NCBI RefSeq assembly: GCF_006345805.1
Contig: NC_043000.1
Coordinates: forward strand, 2,542,001-2,606,000
Direction: 5' to 3'
Origin: Octopus sinensis
Taxonomy: Eukaryota
DNA length: 64,000 bases
Every line of letters begins with the position of its first letter. Positions within the stretch are counted from its first letter, which is position 1. Of the stretch, positions 37,420 to 51,109 are shown in pieces. The translations under genes and the position numbers were made by a program. The notes beneath the pieces are model-generated. The model searched no databases. It worked only from the letters and a program-made list of their open reading frames with translations, and was not told where the DNA came from.

Positions 37420-37591
37420 CACATAACCACTTACATCTATACACATCTATGCGCATACACATGTGTGTATGTATGTATCTAGCCATAAATTTGAAACGGC
37501 ATGCGTGTTTATGTCTTTGTACGTGTATATGTATGTGTGTATGTATGCTACGCATATAAACTGCATACCTGTGTATGCATACATGCATATC

Positions 37592-37622
<31 letters not shown>

Positions 37623-37830
37623 TTGTAAAAGCCAATAGAGGATGATAAGGGACTCTGTGTGTGTGTGTGTGTGTTGTGTGTGTGTGTGTGTGTGTGTGTA
37701 TTTAGGAATACAACTTAAGCTTGGATATTGAAATGAAATATTATTTTATCTATATATAAGAGAGAGAGAGAGAGGGAGGGATGGAGAGAGGGAGGGAGAG
37801 AGAGAGGAGAGAGAGAGAGAGAGAGAGAGA
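36940..37830. repeat. (TA)n, (TG)n and (GA)n microsatellite block
   Basis: Seen directly. Confidence 0.93.
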
Positions 37831-38282
37831 GCATATGTGTGTGTATATGCAGTGACAAACAAAGATGTAATTATGATGTATAAATATACGTATGTTTGTG
37901 TATATGTGTGTGTGCAACAGTATGTGTTTGTGTAGGTATGATTGTAAATACAATCAGACATAATAAGTTTGATATTGATATTTAAGTGTGTGTATGTGTG
38001 TATGTATGTGTGTTGTGTGTGTGTGTGTGTGTGTGTGTGTCTATACACACACACATACAGATGTAAACACACAAACACATATATCTGTGTGTGTCTTTGT
38101 GTACCATTAGGGATAAAGATGAAGTCTATGTATGCATACATACATACGTTATACATATGTATATATATGTGTGTGTGCGTGTGTGTGTTTACTGTTGGGG
38201 ATATAGCTATAGTTAAGATATAGATGTCAATAAAATTAGCTTTCGCCATGAAGATTATTTCTGACATATATATGTATATCTT

Positions 38283-38289
38283 CATAATC

Positions 38290-38321
<32 letters not shown>

Positions 38322-38596
38322 CATCACCATCATCACCATCATCATCACCATCATCTTCATCATCATCATCATGATCACTACCACCATCATCATCATCATC
38401 ATCATCATCACCATCATCACCACCATCATCACCATCACCATCATCATCACCATCATCATCATCCATCATCATCATCATCACCATCATCACCATCATCATC
38501 ATCATCATCATCACCACCATCATCACCATCACCATCACCATCATCATCATCATCACCATCATCACCATCATCTTCATCATAATCATCATCACCACC

Positions 38597-38628
<32 letters not shown>

Positions 38629-38760
38629 CATCACCATCATCACCATCATCATCATCATCATCATCATCACCATCATCATCACCATCATCATCATCATCAA
38701 CCACGTCACCATTACTATAATCAGAATCTTCACCACCATACTATTATCCACCACCACCAT
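38283..38760. repeat. (CAT/CAC)n array
   Basis: Seen directly; source of the poly-His and poly-Asp ORFs. Confidence 0.96.
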
Positions 38761-39328
38761 TGTATCCCCAGCTAGATTACCTGCCTTATATGAGAGGATC
38801 TGAGCCTGCTCTGTTAGGGACACATTACACCTTATTCGGAAACAATGTATGATGAACGTGAGGATTTTATTCCTTGCCTTTTTGGTACCAAATATTATTT
38901 CTATGCAGAGTGAAGAACTTCATATGAACGTCATTTGCCTTTGATGATGTACGAAATCTAATCATGGTGATCTTGTAGAATTTCTCTTTTGTTTTATGAA
39001 GCTATGATATGGTGGCAAGCTGACAGAATCGTTAGCATGCAGGCTAAAATGCTTAGTGGCATTTTATCCATCTTTATGTTCCGAGTTCAAATTCCACTGA
39101 GGTCATCTTTGCCGTTCATCTTTTCAGAGTTATTCTTTTATTCTTTGTTTTGGCCATTTCACTGCAGCCATGCTGGAGCACAGCCTTTAGTCGAGCTAAT
39201 CGACCCCAGGACTTATTCTTTGTAAGCCTAGTGCTTGTTCTATCGCCCTCTCTTGCCGAACCGCTAAGTGACGGGGACATAAACACACCAACATCGGTTG
39301 TCAAGCGACGTTGGAGGGACAAACATAT

Positions 39329-39365
<37 letters not shown>

Positions 39366-40242
39366 TATCTGTTATATAAAATCCATTCTGTGTGTGTGTA
39401 TATCTTCTAGGATCTCGGCCATCCTTCATCCGATTGCGCTCAAATTTGATATGTAGATACCAACTTGAAAAAATTACAAAATTCGATTCCGAGTGAGAAT
39501 GCGATCGATAAAGCCTTGGGAACGTGCATTTTTACGCACAAGTACATCAGCTGTTGCGATCGATACTACGTGTACGAGGCTATAGTAGAAGACATTTGCC
39601 CAAGGTACCACGCAGTGGGACTGAACCCGGAAACATGTGGTTGGTAAGCAAGCTACTTACCACACAGCCACTCCTGATAAAATAAGTACCAGCTGAGCAC
39701 TGAGGTAAATGTAATTAACTTAAACCCTACCATTAATTTGCTGGCTTTGTGCCAAAATTTAAAACCAACACTGTGCATGGTAGTGAACTGGCAGAACTGT
39801 TAGTGTGCCAGGCAAAATGCTTAGCAGCATTTTGTCCCTCTTTACATTCTAGGTTCAAATAATAATGTGTGGCCCAACACATTGACTAGTGATGCATTAC
39901 TTCTTCATCAGAACATCACTTTTCAGTCATGCAGAAAATGTGTAATCTGACACATTGATTAAAGAAATACTATTACACCATTATATGGAGAATGTGTGGG
40001 CCAAAACATTGATTATTGTAACACTATAATTACATAGGCCTTCAGTCATTTATTGTTCATTTTTTCCATGCTTGCATGCTTCGGATGAAGTTTTTATTTG
40101 AGGCAGATTTGCAGATTTCCTGCACCTGGATGCTCCTCATGTTTCCAATCTGCAACTGTTTTCAAGCAAGGTAATATCTCTCCATGACCAGACATGTTCT
40201 TGTAATATATTGGAAATGAACGATTTTGTTTGTATGACAGTG

Positions 40243-40273
<31 letters not shown>

Positions 40274-40514
40274 CATATATATTGTCCAACATAAAATGTC
40301 TTTGCATTTTCCTTCTTATATATCCTTCACTACAATTCACCTTATGGAAGAAATTTTTTATTGGATCTTTTCCACATACATACAAGCATGCATGTGTGCA
40401 TACATACATACATACATACATACATACATACATACATACACACGTACGTACGTACGTACATACATACGTACGTACATGCATACGTTCGTACGTACGTACG
40501 TATGTACATACATG

Positions 40515-42110
40515 CATGAGAATTTGTTGTGGAAAATGCATCGGGATTTGAAAAACTTGTAAAGACTAGTTTCAACTATTTTTTGTTTATCAATGATATG
40601 AATTTATAGGGTTTTAAAATATTTTTAAATTGCAAAGTAAAAAACATGTTTAAATGGTTAAATGTTCGCAAAATTCAATAATGTCAAAAACGATCCGTGA
40701 AGAATATAAAAAAATGAGGATTAACATGTTTAAATGATTAAATGTTCCCAAATTTCAATAATATCAGAAATGATCGGTAAAGAATATAGATAATGTGGAT
40801 CACCAAAAGTTCAGACCATTCCCTATAGGGAAGTCAACCAGGCAGAATACCAAACTTGACCCACTAGGAAAAATAAGACGTCATAAGGATTCTAATGAAT
40901 CACAAATTGGATCTGTTCATGGAAAAACTTATAAATACACTGATTCCAAAACACTCCGTTACGAGCAAAAAAACCCTGCACATGACGGAAAAAAGAACCC
41001 AAGATGATAGAAACTGTAACAAAACCCCTTTTCTCTATTTTCTCCTCCCCCTTTTTTTTTTCTCTCTTAACTCCGTACTGATATTATTGAATTTTGTGAG
41101 CATTTAATAATTTAAACATGTTGATTCACATTTTTTTTTTAATATTCTTCACCAATCAGATCTGGCTGTGTGGTATGTAGCTTGCTTACCAACCACATGG
41201 TTCAGGGTTCAGTACCACTGCATGGCACCTTGGGCAAGTGTCTCCTACTCTAGCCTCAGGCTGACCAAAGCCTTGTGAGTGGATTTGGTAGACGGAAACT
41301 GAAAGAAGCCAGTTGTATATATGTATATTTGTGTATGTGTGTGTGTGTGTGTGTGTGTCTGTGTGTCTGTGTTTGGGCTCCCTCCAACATCGCTTGACAT
41401 GCGGGTTGGCAAAAAGAGCGTAACTTAGTGGGTTGGCAAAAATTTGTGGTAGAGGTAAGTTAATTACATTTACCTCAGTGCTCAGCTGGTACTTATTTTA
41501 TCAGGTATGGCTGTGTGGTAAGTAGCTTGCTTATGTATCATATGGTTCCAGGTTCAGTCTCACTGCGTGGCACCTTGGGCAAGTGTCTTCTACTATAGCC
41601 TCGGGCTGACCAAAGCCTTGTGAGTGAATTTGGTAGATGGAAACTGAAAGAAGCCTGTTGTATATATGTGTGAGTGTGTGTGTATGTATATGTTTGTGTG
41701 TCTGTGTTTGTCCCTGCAACATCGCTTGACAACCGATGCTGGTGTGTTTACGTCCCCGTCACTTAGCGGTTCGGCAAGAGAGACTGATAGAATAAGTACT
41801 AGGCTTACAAACAATAAGTCCTGGGGTCAATTTGCTCGACTAAAGGTGGTGCTCCAGCATGGCCGCAGTCAAATGACTGAAACAAGTAAAAGAATAAAAG
41901 AATAAATCATTTTTGATGTTATCGAATTTTGTGATCCTTTAACTATTTAAACAAGTTTTCTACTTCGCAATTTAAAATTTTTTAAATCCTATACATTTAT
42001 ACCATTGATAAACAAAACATTGTTGAAACTATCATAGTTGGTATGTATGTTTATTTAAAAGCAATCACAAGCTTTTCAAATTCAGGTGCATTTTCAACGA
42101 CAAATTCTCC
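40515..42110. mobile_element. Long-TIR (foldback-like) DNA element interrupted by two SINE-A copies
   Basis: 40515-40700 is the inverted match of 41905-42110, and 40700-40790 of 41060-41155; SINE-A copies lie at 41160-41420 and 41503-41905. Confidence 0.65.
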
Positions 42111-42189
42111 TATATTTTTTCCTGCGTGGAAATACACCCCTTCTTTTCTTTTATATATATATATACATATATATATAGAGAGAGAGAGA

Positions 42190-42857
42190 GTGAAAGCACA
42201 TGGCTCAGTGGTTAGAGCGTCGAGCTTACAAGCGTGAGGCTGTGAGCTCAAATCCCGGACCGGGCTGCGTGTTGTGTTCTTGAGCAAGACACTTTATTTC
42301 AGGTTGCTCCAGTTCACTCAGCTGTAGAAATGAGTTGTGACGTCACAGGTGCCAAGCTGTATCGGCCTTTGCCTTTCCCTTGGATAACACTGGTGGCATG
42401 GAGAGGGGAGGCTGGTATGCATGGGCGACTTCTGGTCTTCCATAAACAACCTTGCCCGGACTTGTGTCTAGGAGGGTAACTTTCTAGGTGCAATCCCATG
42501 GTCATTCATGACCGAAGGGGGGTCTTTATATAGAGAGAGAGAGAGTGAAAGCACATGGCTCAGTGGTTAGAGCGTCGAGCTTACAAGTGTGAGGCTGTGA
42601 GCTCAAATCCCGGACCGGGCTGCGTGTTGTGTTCTTGAGCAAGACACTTTATTTCAGGTTGCTCCAGTTCACTCAGCTGTAGAAATGAGTTGAGATGTCA
42701 CAGGTGCCAAGCTGTATCGGCCTTCGCCTTTCCCTTGGATAACATTGGTGGCAAGGAGAGGGGAGGCCGGTATGCATGGGTGACTGCTGGTCTTCCATAA
42801 ACAACCTTGCCCAAATTTGTGCTGGGAGGGTAACTTTCTAGGTGCAATCCCATGGTG
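42190..42857 (+). mobile_element. Tandem pair of SINE-E (CORE-like domain + tail X), period ~355 bp
   Basis: Both copies share diagnostic bases and the same upstream TATAGAGAGAGAG flank. Confidence 0.85.
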
Positions 42858-42949
42858 AAAAAGCTTTAATCAGCATACAACCAACCATATACCCAAGGTC
42901 CAGAGACCCTCAGCCGGAGGAGTAGCCTGCAGTATACACCTTGATTGGA

Positions 42950-43337
42950 TCTCTCTCTATATAAACGGCAGTTTGTCTGTGCGTGTTTCTGTGTGTCTGT
43001 TTTCTCGTACCCTCACCCTGACCACGGCTTTCAACCGATTCTGATGAAACTTGACACACACATAGCCCAATGTCATAATTCAAAACTAACGCAGCGAAAA
43101 TTTTGAAAAGTTCCCCCAGTTCTGAAAAAAATCGATAAATTCGACATGGGGTCGAGAATAAAAAAAAACAAACCACAGACTGTCTAGGGGACGCAACTCA
43201 ACCTTTTATTACTCTCAAAAAAAAAATTTACCATCATTTTTTTTCCATTTTTTGGCTATTTTTTGGCTATAACTCTCTAAAAATGCTTTATAGTTATTTC
43301 CCTTACAAACCTGAGCAACGCCGGGCGATACTGCTAG
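42950..43337 (+). mobile_element. Non-autonomous Helitron
   Basis: A|TC start, GAGCAACGCCGGGC hairpin region, CTAG|T end; last ~65 bp nearly identical to 20710-20773. Confidence 0.8.
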
Positions 43338-43499
43338 TATTTACTAATTCCAAGATTCCACCCACTATGAAATATATGTAGCCCAGATCTTATCTGCTCC
43401 ATTCCTTAATTCTTGTATGTGTGTGCATGCATGCATGTGTGTGTGTGTGTGTGTGTGCATGTGTGTGTGTGTGTGTATTTTTGCCAACATAAATCAGTT

Positions 43500-43797
43500 T
43501 CGACAAGAAAATAAATCATTGTAAACCATTCCCTGTGTGACATTTGTTCTGCCCGAATTGCACAGAGACCTCGTTATCACTTTTGTCATTGTAAAATACA
43601 GTCAATCAGTGATTGCCATGTTGGGAACTTGGAAGCCAACAATAGTATTGTTAGAGAATATGTGATACAAAATAAAATAAACAAAATAATTTCCATTCTC
43701 TCAGCATCTTTTTCGTGGACTTGAAGCTATGACTTCTTTCAGTGGGAGCCATCTAAATAGGTAGAGAGATCTTGTTGCACTGGCTAATTACATTTTC
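43500..43797 (-). other. Candidate exon (strong acceptor; 3' boundary uncertain)
   Basis: aatttctttttttttgttttcag|GAAAATG; contains a short hydrophobic ORF MEIILFILFCITYSLTILLLASKFPTWQSLIDCILQ*. Confidence 0.25.
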
Positions 43798-44314
43798 CTG
43801 AAAACAAAAAAAAAGAAATTAAAAATTAAAATTAAAATTTTTTAAATACTGTCATAGCGAACCCAAACTTTTGTGGGAGAAAAAAAATTTTTGCTCCAAT
43901 CTTGACAAAACTCAAGCTGAAGGAATCAAAAACAACAAAATAGATAAATGAATAAACAAACGTGAGGTGCAGAAAATAAAAGAAAAAAAAAAAGACAAAA
44001 GATGGGTTTTTTTGTTTTTAAATTTCAAAAAGAAAAAAAAAATGTTCACATGTTGTTTGTAATTAAATTATAACACAAAATCTTGATTTTTATAGCGAGG
44101 GTGTTTTCAGAGTGTTGGTGGTGGTAGAAATCGAAATTTTTGCAGGTGTTCCATATCTTTCAACTCTGTGTGCATGCATAGCTGTGTGTGTGTGTGTGTG
44201 TATGTAACCATGTAATTTAATCCATACCATAGTTTCACACAGAGCTTATTATTGATACTCAGGAGATGTGAAACAGAAAAAACTCAAAGAAACCATGATG
44301 TGTATTTATTCACA

Positions 44315-44725
44315 TATAGAACCTCATCCGACGACAGGCACCCATGCCAACCCCCTTTGCTTGCAAAGACATGTTGGGGCAAGTGAAATCAAAATCGAAA
44401 TCGAATTGAACCAGCCAGGACCCCTGGACTGGTGGTATGTAAAAAGCACTATCCGACACGTGGCCGATACCAGCGCCGCCTCGACTGGCTTCCGTGCCGG
44501 TGGCACGTAAAATGCACCAATCCGACCGTGGCCGTTGCCAGCCTCGCCTGGCACCTGTACAGGTGGCACGTAAAAAGCATCCACTACACTCGCGGAGTGG
44601 TTGGCGTTAGGAAGGGCATCCAGCCGTAGAAACATTGCCAGATAAGACTGGAGCCTGGTGCAGCCTCCTGGCTTTCCAGACCCCCAATTGAACCGTCCAA
44701 CCCATGCTAGCATGGAGAACGGACG
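44315..44725 (+). mobile_element. RTE LINE 3' UTR copy with a single 159-bp segment
   Basis: Colinear with 27075-27840 but lacks the triplication. Confidence 0.9.
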
Positions 44726-44871
44726 TTAAACGATGATGATGATGAAATATCCCTTTGTCCCCTCATTCATTTCTGTCTCCACACATATTACCATAATCAT
44801 GTATTGAGTACTTCATTGTATATAACACACATACACTGTGTACATGTCTATATATCTCTCTCTCTCTCTAT

Positions 44872-45077
44872 ATTACTCTTTTACTTGTTTCAGTTATTTT
44901 GACTGTGGCCATGCTGGAGCACCGCCTTTAGTCGAGCAAATCGACCCCGGGACTTATTCTTTGTAAGCCCAGTGCTTATTCTATCGGTCTCTTTTGCCGA
45001 ACTGCTAAGTGACGGGGACGTAAACACACCAGCATCGGTTGTCAAGCAATGCTAGGGGGACAAACACAGACACACAA

Positions 45078-45112
<35 letters not shown>

Positions 45113-45280
45113 CATATATACGACAGGCTTCTTTCAGTTTCCGCCTACCAAATCCACTCAGAAGGCATTGGTTGGCCCGGGGCTATAGCAGAAGACACTT
45201 GCCCAAGGTGCCACGCAGTGGGACTGAACCCGGAACCATGTGGTTGGTTAGCAAGGTACTTACCACCCAGCCACTCCTGT
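44872..45280 (-). mobile_element. SINE-A, full length
   Basis: Matches other copies. Confidence 0.92.
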
Positions 45281-45504
45281 GCCTATATATATTTTATTTT
45301 GTGCATGTGTGCACATGTGTGTATGTGTGTGTGCAAAAAGCACCCATGTGTGTGTGTGTATTGTTAAAGGAATTGATTTCACAATTCCTCACATTGGAAT
45401 ATTTAGCAGTTTCAACTCAGCAGAGCAGCACCGGACTGTCTTTATCACTGTGAGGAATTATACCTTCAATTTCCTCCATTCAAATTATATCATACACAAG
45501 GTAG

Positions 45505-46450
45505 ATTGTACAATGCATGTGTGCAAACTGCCATGCTACATGGCAGTGAAACATGGGCTGTGACTGCTGAAGACATGCATAGGGTTGAAAGAAATGAAGC
45601 TAGTATGATCCGTTGGATGTGTAATGTCAGTGTGCAATACACGACAGAGTGTAAGCGCCCAGAGAGAAATGTTGGACATAAGAAGCATCAGATGTGGTAT
45701 GCAAGAGATATGAGTGCGCTGGTATGGTAATGTGATATATGTGATATGTATGGATGAGGAGAGCTGTGTGAAGAAGTGTCACTGCCTAACAGTGGAAGGA
45801 GCCCGTGGAAGAGGGAAACTTAGGAAGACATGGGATGAGGTAGTGAAGCGTGACCTTCAAACGTTGGGCCTCACAGAGACAATGTCGAAAGACTGAGACC
45901 TCTGGAGATATGATGTGACTGAGAAGACCCAGCAAGAAAAATGAGATCACAGCCATAGCTTACACCAGTGTTGCATAACCAGCCCATTTAAAAAGTACCT
46001 TTGAATCATTGAGCGACATTCCGTGCTTGAGAAGACCTATTGAGTCAGGTAAATCAAAATCAAAATCAAATCAAATCACAATCAAATGGAAATTGTAGTT
46101 GTGGACATTACCAATGCTGGTGGCATGCAATAAGCACCATTCATGTGTGAGTCACTGCCAGATCTGCCTGACTGGTTCCTTGTGCCAGTGGCACGTAAAA
46201 TGCACCATCCAAATGTGGCCGTTGCCAGTGCCGCCTGACTGGCTCCCATGCTGGTGGCACGTAAAATGCACCCACTACACTCAAGGAGTGGTTGGCATTA
46301 GGAAGGGCATTCAGCTGTAGAAACATTGCCAGATCAGATTGGAGCCTGGTGCGGCCTCCTGGCTTGCCAGTCCCCAGTCGAACCATCCAACCCATGCCAG
46401 CATGGAAAATGGACGTTAAACGATGATGATGTTGATGATGATGATGTTGA
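45505..46450 (+). mobile_element. Second, more diverged RTE LINE 3' fragment (ORF2 end + UTR)
   Basis: ACVQTAMLHGSETWAVTAEDM...RGRGKLRKTWDEVVKRDL, followed by tail modules and (GAT)n. Confidence 0.92.
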
Positions 46451-46902
46451 TGATGATGATATGGGTTGTACACACACACACACTCTCTCTCCCCCTATTC
46501 ACTCTTGCAACTCCCATCCTACACCCGGCTCCTCTGTCCCAACACACTTTTATTCACTCGTACATTGAGGAACCACCTGGATTTGCACCTCTTACTGGTC
46601 ATTCTCACTCTCTCTATCAGAGAGTTGAGTAACCATGGTGCTCCCCTACAATAACTTGCTTACCCCTCCCTCCTCCCCTTCTGTCATATTTCAACCCCTC
46701 ATCACATAAAGCCCACCCATCCAACCCTGGTTTTGTAGTCTTGTGAGCTGCAAGGCAACCCCACTAATGTTGGTCGTATGAAGAGGGCGCTCAGCACACG
46801 TAAGATGGTTAGCACTGGGAAAAGCATCCAGCCATAGAAACCTTTCCAAAACAAACACCAGAACATGAGGCAGTCTTTGGGCCCATTGAACCCTGTCAAA
46901 CC

Positions 46903-47150
46903 TATTTCTTTACTACCCACAAGGGGCTAACCATAGAGAGGACAAACAAGGACAGACAAACGGATGAAGTCGATTATATCGACTCCAGTGCGTAACTGGT
47001 ACTTAATTTATCGACCCCCGAAAGGATGAAAGGCAAAGTCGACCTCGGCGGAATTTGAACTCAGAACGTAATGGCAGACGAAATACAGCTACGCATTTTG
47101 TCCAGTGTGCTAACGTTTCTGCCAGCTTGCCGCCTGTCAAACCATCGAAC
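46903..47150 (-). mobile_element. SINE-B monomer with ~10-bp TSD, inserted in an old RTE tail
   Basis: CTGTCAAACC on both sides. Confidence 0.9.
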
Positions 47151-47973
47151 CCATTCCAGTATGGAATATTGACATTAAAAGATGATCATGCTGCTGATAC
47201 ATATAAAAATATATATTACATGTATGTGTGTGTGTGTGTGTGTACATCAGTGTGTGTCTGTGTGTTTCCTTATTGACAGATTATATCAAGATGTTCAAGT
47301 AATTTCTTTCTGTACATAGAGATGTTTTTTGCTAAGTTATTTCCTATTAATATATATTTACCTTGTTAAAAAGCCAGGTGTACCACTAATTCATATCTAC
47401 AGCTATGAAAGATTCTAAAGACATCTCTGTCACCTGATGCAGACCTTCCAGCCAAGCATATTCCTGTGTTCTCGATATAATTTCTTTGATAGGACTGTAT
47501 ATATGTGTATGTTGTATTTCCTTCTCAGTAAACCTTTTAAAACATGGCAATAATTTGTTCAAATCTTTGGAGTAGAACATGAAATATCTAAGAGAAGCAA
47601 TTTTGGAGAAGAAAAACTCACAATTAATTGTAGGAAAAAAATAACTCTAGAAGTATTTGTCATTTCTCTTTTTCTTGAAATGACAAATAAATTATATAGA
47701 AATCACTTATTTATGAAAATTGGCAGAAATGTCCCCATATACGGCATGTAACCTTGGCAACGGTATGCATTCTCACTTGATTTTCCAATAAAAGCATTTT
47801 ATTGTGAAAAGATGCTTAAGAAAGATAGTATGTCTGTTTTTGCATGCTCATATATATATATATATATATAATATATATATATATATACATACATATATAA
47901 GTATATACATACATACATATATATACACATATATAAGTATATACATACATACATATATATATACATATATAAG

Positions 47974-48010
<37 letters not shown>

Positions 48011-48057
48011 ATATATATGTATATACATATATGTATATATATATATATACATATATA

Positions 48058-48410
48058 TTGGGTCATAAATAATGCACTTTTTTTACACTTCTTCTATTTT
48101 TCAATATTAAGATAAACAAACTTCTTTTTTAATCTAAAATATCCTCTCCTTCATTTTCTACAATGCCCTTCCATCTCTCTGGTAGACTTGCAAGGCCCCT
48201 CTTCCAAAATTCACTTGTCCGTAATGAAAATTACTCCTTCAGTACTGTTCTGACCTTGTCTACAGAATTCATATTTTTTCCATCCAAATGATTTTGAAGA
48301 ATAAATGATAATCAGATGGAGCAATGTCTGGTGAATATGGTGGGTAGGGCATTGTTTCCCATTCAAACTGCTCCAGCCTTTGGAATGTCATCCACCCCAT
48401 ATATATATAT
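48058..48410 (-). mobile_element. mariner transposase C-terminal remnant and TIR
   Basis: LEQFEWETMPYPPYSPDIAPSDYHLF. Confidence 0.88.
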
Positions 48411-48418
48411 ATGGGGGG

Positions 48419-48452
<34 letters not shown>

Positions 48453-48453
<1 letters not shown>

Positions 48454-48718
48454 TGTTGTGTCTGGGGAGAGTCATTTTCTTTTTGTGCCTTATAATGTAA
48501 CACCCTCACCAGTAAAATTTCCACTTATTTCTTATTTTTATTTTCCTAAAATTTTCATTGCGTCTTGCAAGCTTTTCAATAGTTGTGACTCTTGGAAAGG
48601 TTGCAAGACGCAACGAAAATTTTAGGAAAATAAAAATAAGAAATAAGTGGAAATTTTACCAGTGAGTGTATTACATTATAAGGCACAAAAAGAAAATGAC
48701 TCTCCCCAGACACAACAG
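48453..48718. mobile_element. Almost fully palindromic MITE (~115-bp arms)
   Basis: CTGTTGTGTCTGGGGAGAGTC... / ...GACTCTCCCCAGACACAACAG; TA on the left flank. Confidence 0.85.
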
Positions 48719-48779
48719 AATATGCTTCAACACACGAACTCATATAAAGAATCTTGCAAACCAAATCCCAAAACGAAAT

Positions 48780-48811
<32 letters not shown>

Positions 48812-49249
48812 GATATATATATATATATATGAAAGGAATGTTCTAGAGACTAAGAGAATTTTTTAAAAATCTTTTTCTTAAAGTGGCCACAACTGAAAAA
48901 CATCTCACAGTGTTGTGCCAGGAATCTCTGTCTTCCATTAGCTTTGGTAGATCCTTAAAATTCCATACCATGTGTGTGTATCCCTACCTATAACATCAAT
49001 ATAGTCGAGAGATATTTTCCCTTAATTTGGATATGAGAATCTCCAAAGCATGACATCTGTTATGGCCTGTTATTTAGCACAAAAGCAGTGACCAACAAAG
49101 CCTTTTCTGTGTCAAATAATACTAAAAATAGGTGGAATGTGTCCCTTTTTCTCACTTTTGGTCTTGTGCTCATGTCATGAAATGTTTTGGGTTCTCATGT
49201 GAAGCTTGGTGTTTACATATATTATCAAGGTAATCTCAATGTTCCTTCT

Positions 49250-49480
49250 TCATTATTCAGATTTCGACCCCATTTAGAAGACTGCTCTCTACATATGCCC
49301 TGAAGAAGGCAAGCTTTGTTGTCTTTGAATTACTTTTTTGCCAAATGTTTTGAAATAGTTCTTCGCATGTCAGGAAATGTTTCTTACTGTTAGTGATGTA
49401 GGACTCAAGGTACTTGAAACCACTAATCACCTTTAGGTGCATACCATTGTTGAAAAACATTGGCTAAGTGGCTTTCATCT
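49250..49480 (-). mobile_element. Old RTE LINE ORF2 fragment
   Basis: FKYLESYI...KTTKLAFFRAYVESSLLNG resembles FKYLGS...K...FRA.VES.LLYG. Confidence 0.65.
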
Positions 49481-51070
49481 TGATTGAGGGTCATGTATTC
49501 AATTTTTGTTATGTTATACATGGAGAAACAGAAAAACCTTGGCTACAGCATTCTCAAAAGAACTTAACAAGTCTTGCACATCACATCATGGGCCCAGGAA
49601 CAGGGTGCCGGGAGTGCAAGCGCAACCCCTAAAATTTTTACAGGATGCAGAATCAAGATTTGTGCCCCCACTTACTTTTCTCAGGTTTAATAAAAAGTGA
49701 TCTATAAAAAGTAGCTTGAAGTTAGGTTTCTTTGCAATGGACAAAGAACAAAAATAAATATAAATTAAACACAATGAGACTTTGTAAAAATTTTGGACCT
49801 GGGTTGGCACCCCCTATTCAGATTTCGTTTTTGAGCCAGTGCATCATACAGTTGATGAACTGTGAGGGCAAGACCATCAGCATAAGCTAAGTCAGAGAGA
49901 TACATATTCTACTGACATCTTGATCACGTCTGCTTGATGGTGAGGCCTTGAATAGGGTCAAGACTTTGCCTAAAGATGTAGTCTACAACAATTGCAATAT
50001 ATATATATTAAATAATCCTATACTGGAACCAGTAATGGAACTGAGGGCTGGTATGCATGAGTATAGCTTCTACCTCAATTATTTTCCTTTTCAACCTCAA
50101 CTCTAATCCTAAAATACATTCCTATCACTGAGACACAACTGTATTTCTGAAAACTGGCTGCATTAAGAGAGACACAGGTAGGGAATAAGCAATTCAAATT
50201 TACTTAAATTATATATCATCATTGTTTTAATGTCCATTGAGTTTATTGAGACAGGGTTTATTGAGGCAAATTCTTCTATGATTTGATACCCTACCTATTG
50301 CCAACCCTTACTTATTTCCAAGCAAGATAATATTTCCCCATGGCCAGACGTATCTTTGCAGATTATTGGAAATGAATGATATTCATTTACAATTACATGA
50401 TATCAAAATGAGGAGACACGATCATGCTCACACTCACATACATATACATACATGCATACACAGGTACAAACACACTCATACACAAGCACACACACCACAT
50501 ATGACAAGGTTCTTTCAGTTCCTATCTACCAAATCCACTCACAAAGCATTAATCAGCCCAGGGACACTCAGGTTATATACATTCACAATAAAACCATAAA
50601 TCCCAGGGCATCAAAATTAGGGTGAAACTTCACAGACTTCAAATTTCTCCCATATAAGCATAAAATAGTTACTTCAAAGTGCATCAACAAGTACAGCTTT
50701 AACTATACCCATTGTTATTAATATGATTTTCCAACTGTATCAGGAATATGCCATGAAACAGAAACCCACCTTGGCCTCAATAAACTAGGCTAATAAACTT
50801 ATATAATTTTGTTGTATCTTGGTAGGGTCATTATGCCAATATAAACACATGCACTGATTCTATTTCGCTTCTTTATTATTATTATTATTATTAGTTAATT
50901 GGTTAACTGTTTAACCAATTAATTAATAAATTGTTTGATTAATTGTTCAGTCAATTAATCAATCAGCTGGGTTTGTCCAAGTCCTTTTTTTGCCATTCAC
51001 AACCTCAACAATGACATGTTCGGTCTGCTTCAAGTCTGTCTCATATAATGTTCTGCAAATAAACTGAATT

Positions 51071-51109
<39 letters not shown>

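Noticed and set aside
38224-38823. Poly-His and poly-Asp ORFs
   Set aside because: (CAT)n microsatellite; the same applies to 5858-6428, 34385-34874 and 36287-36713.
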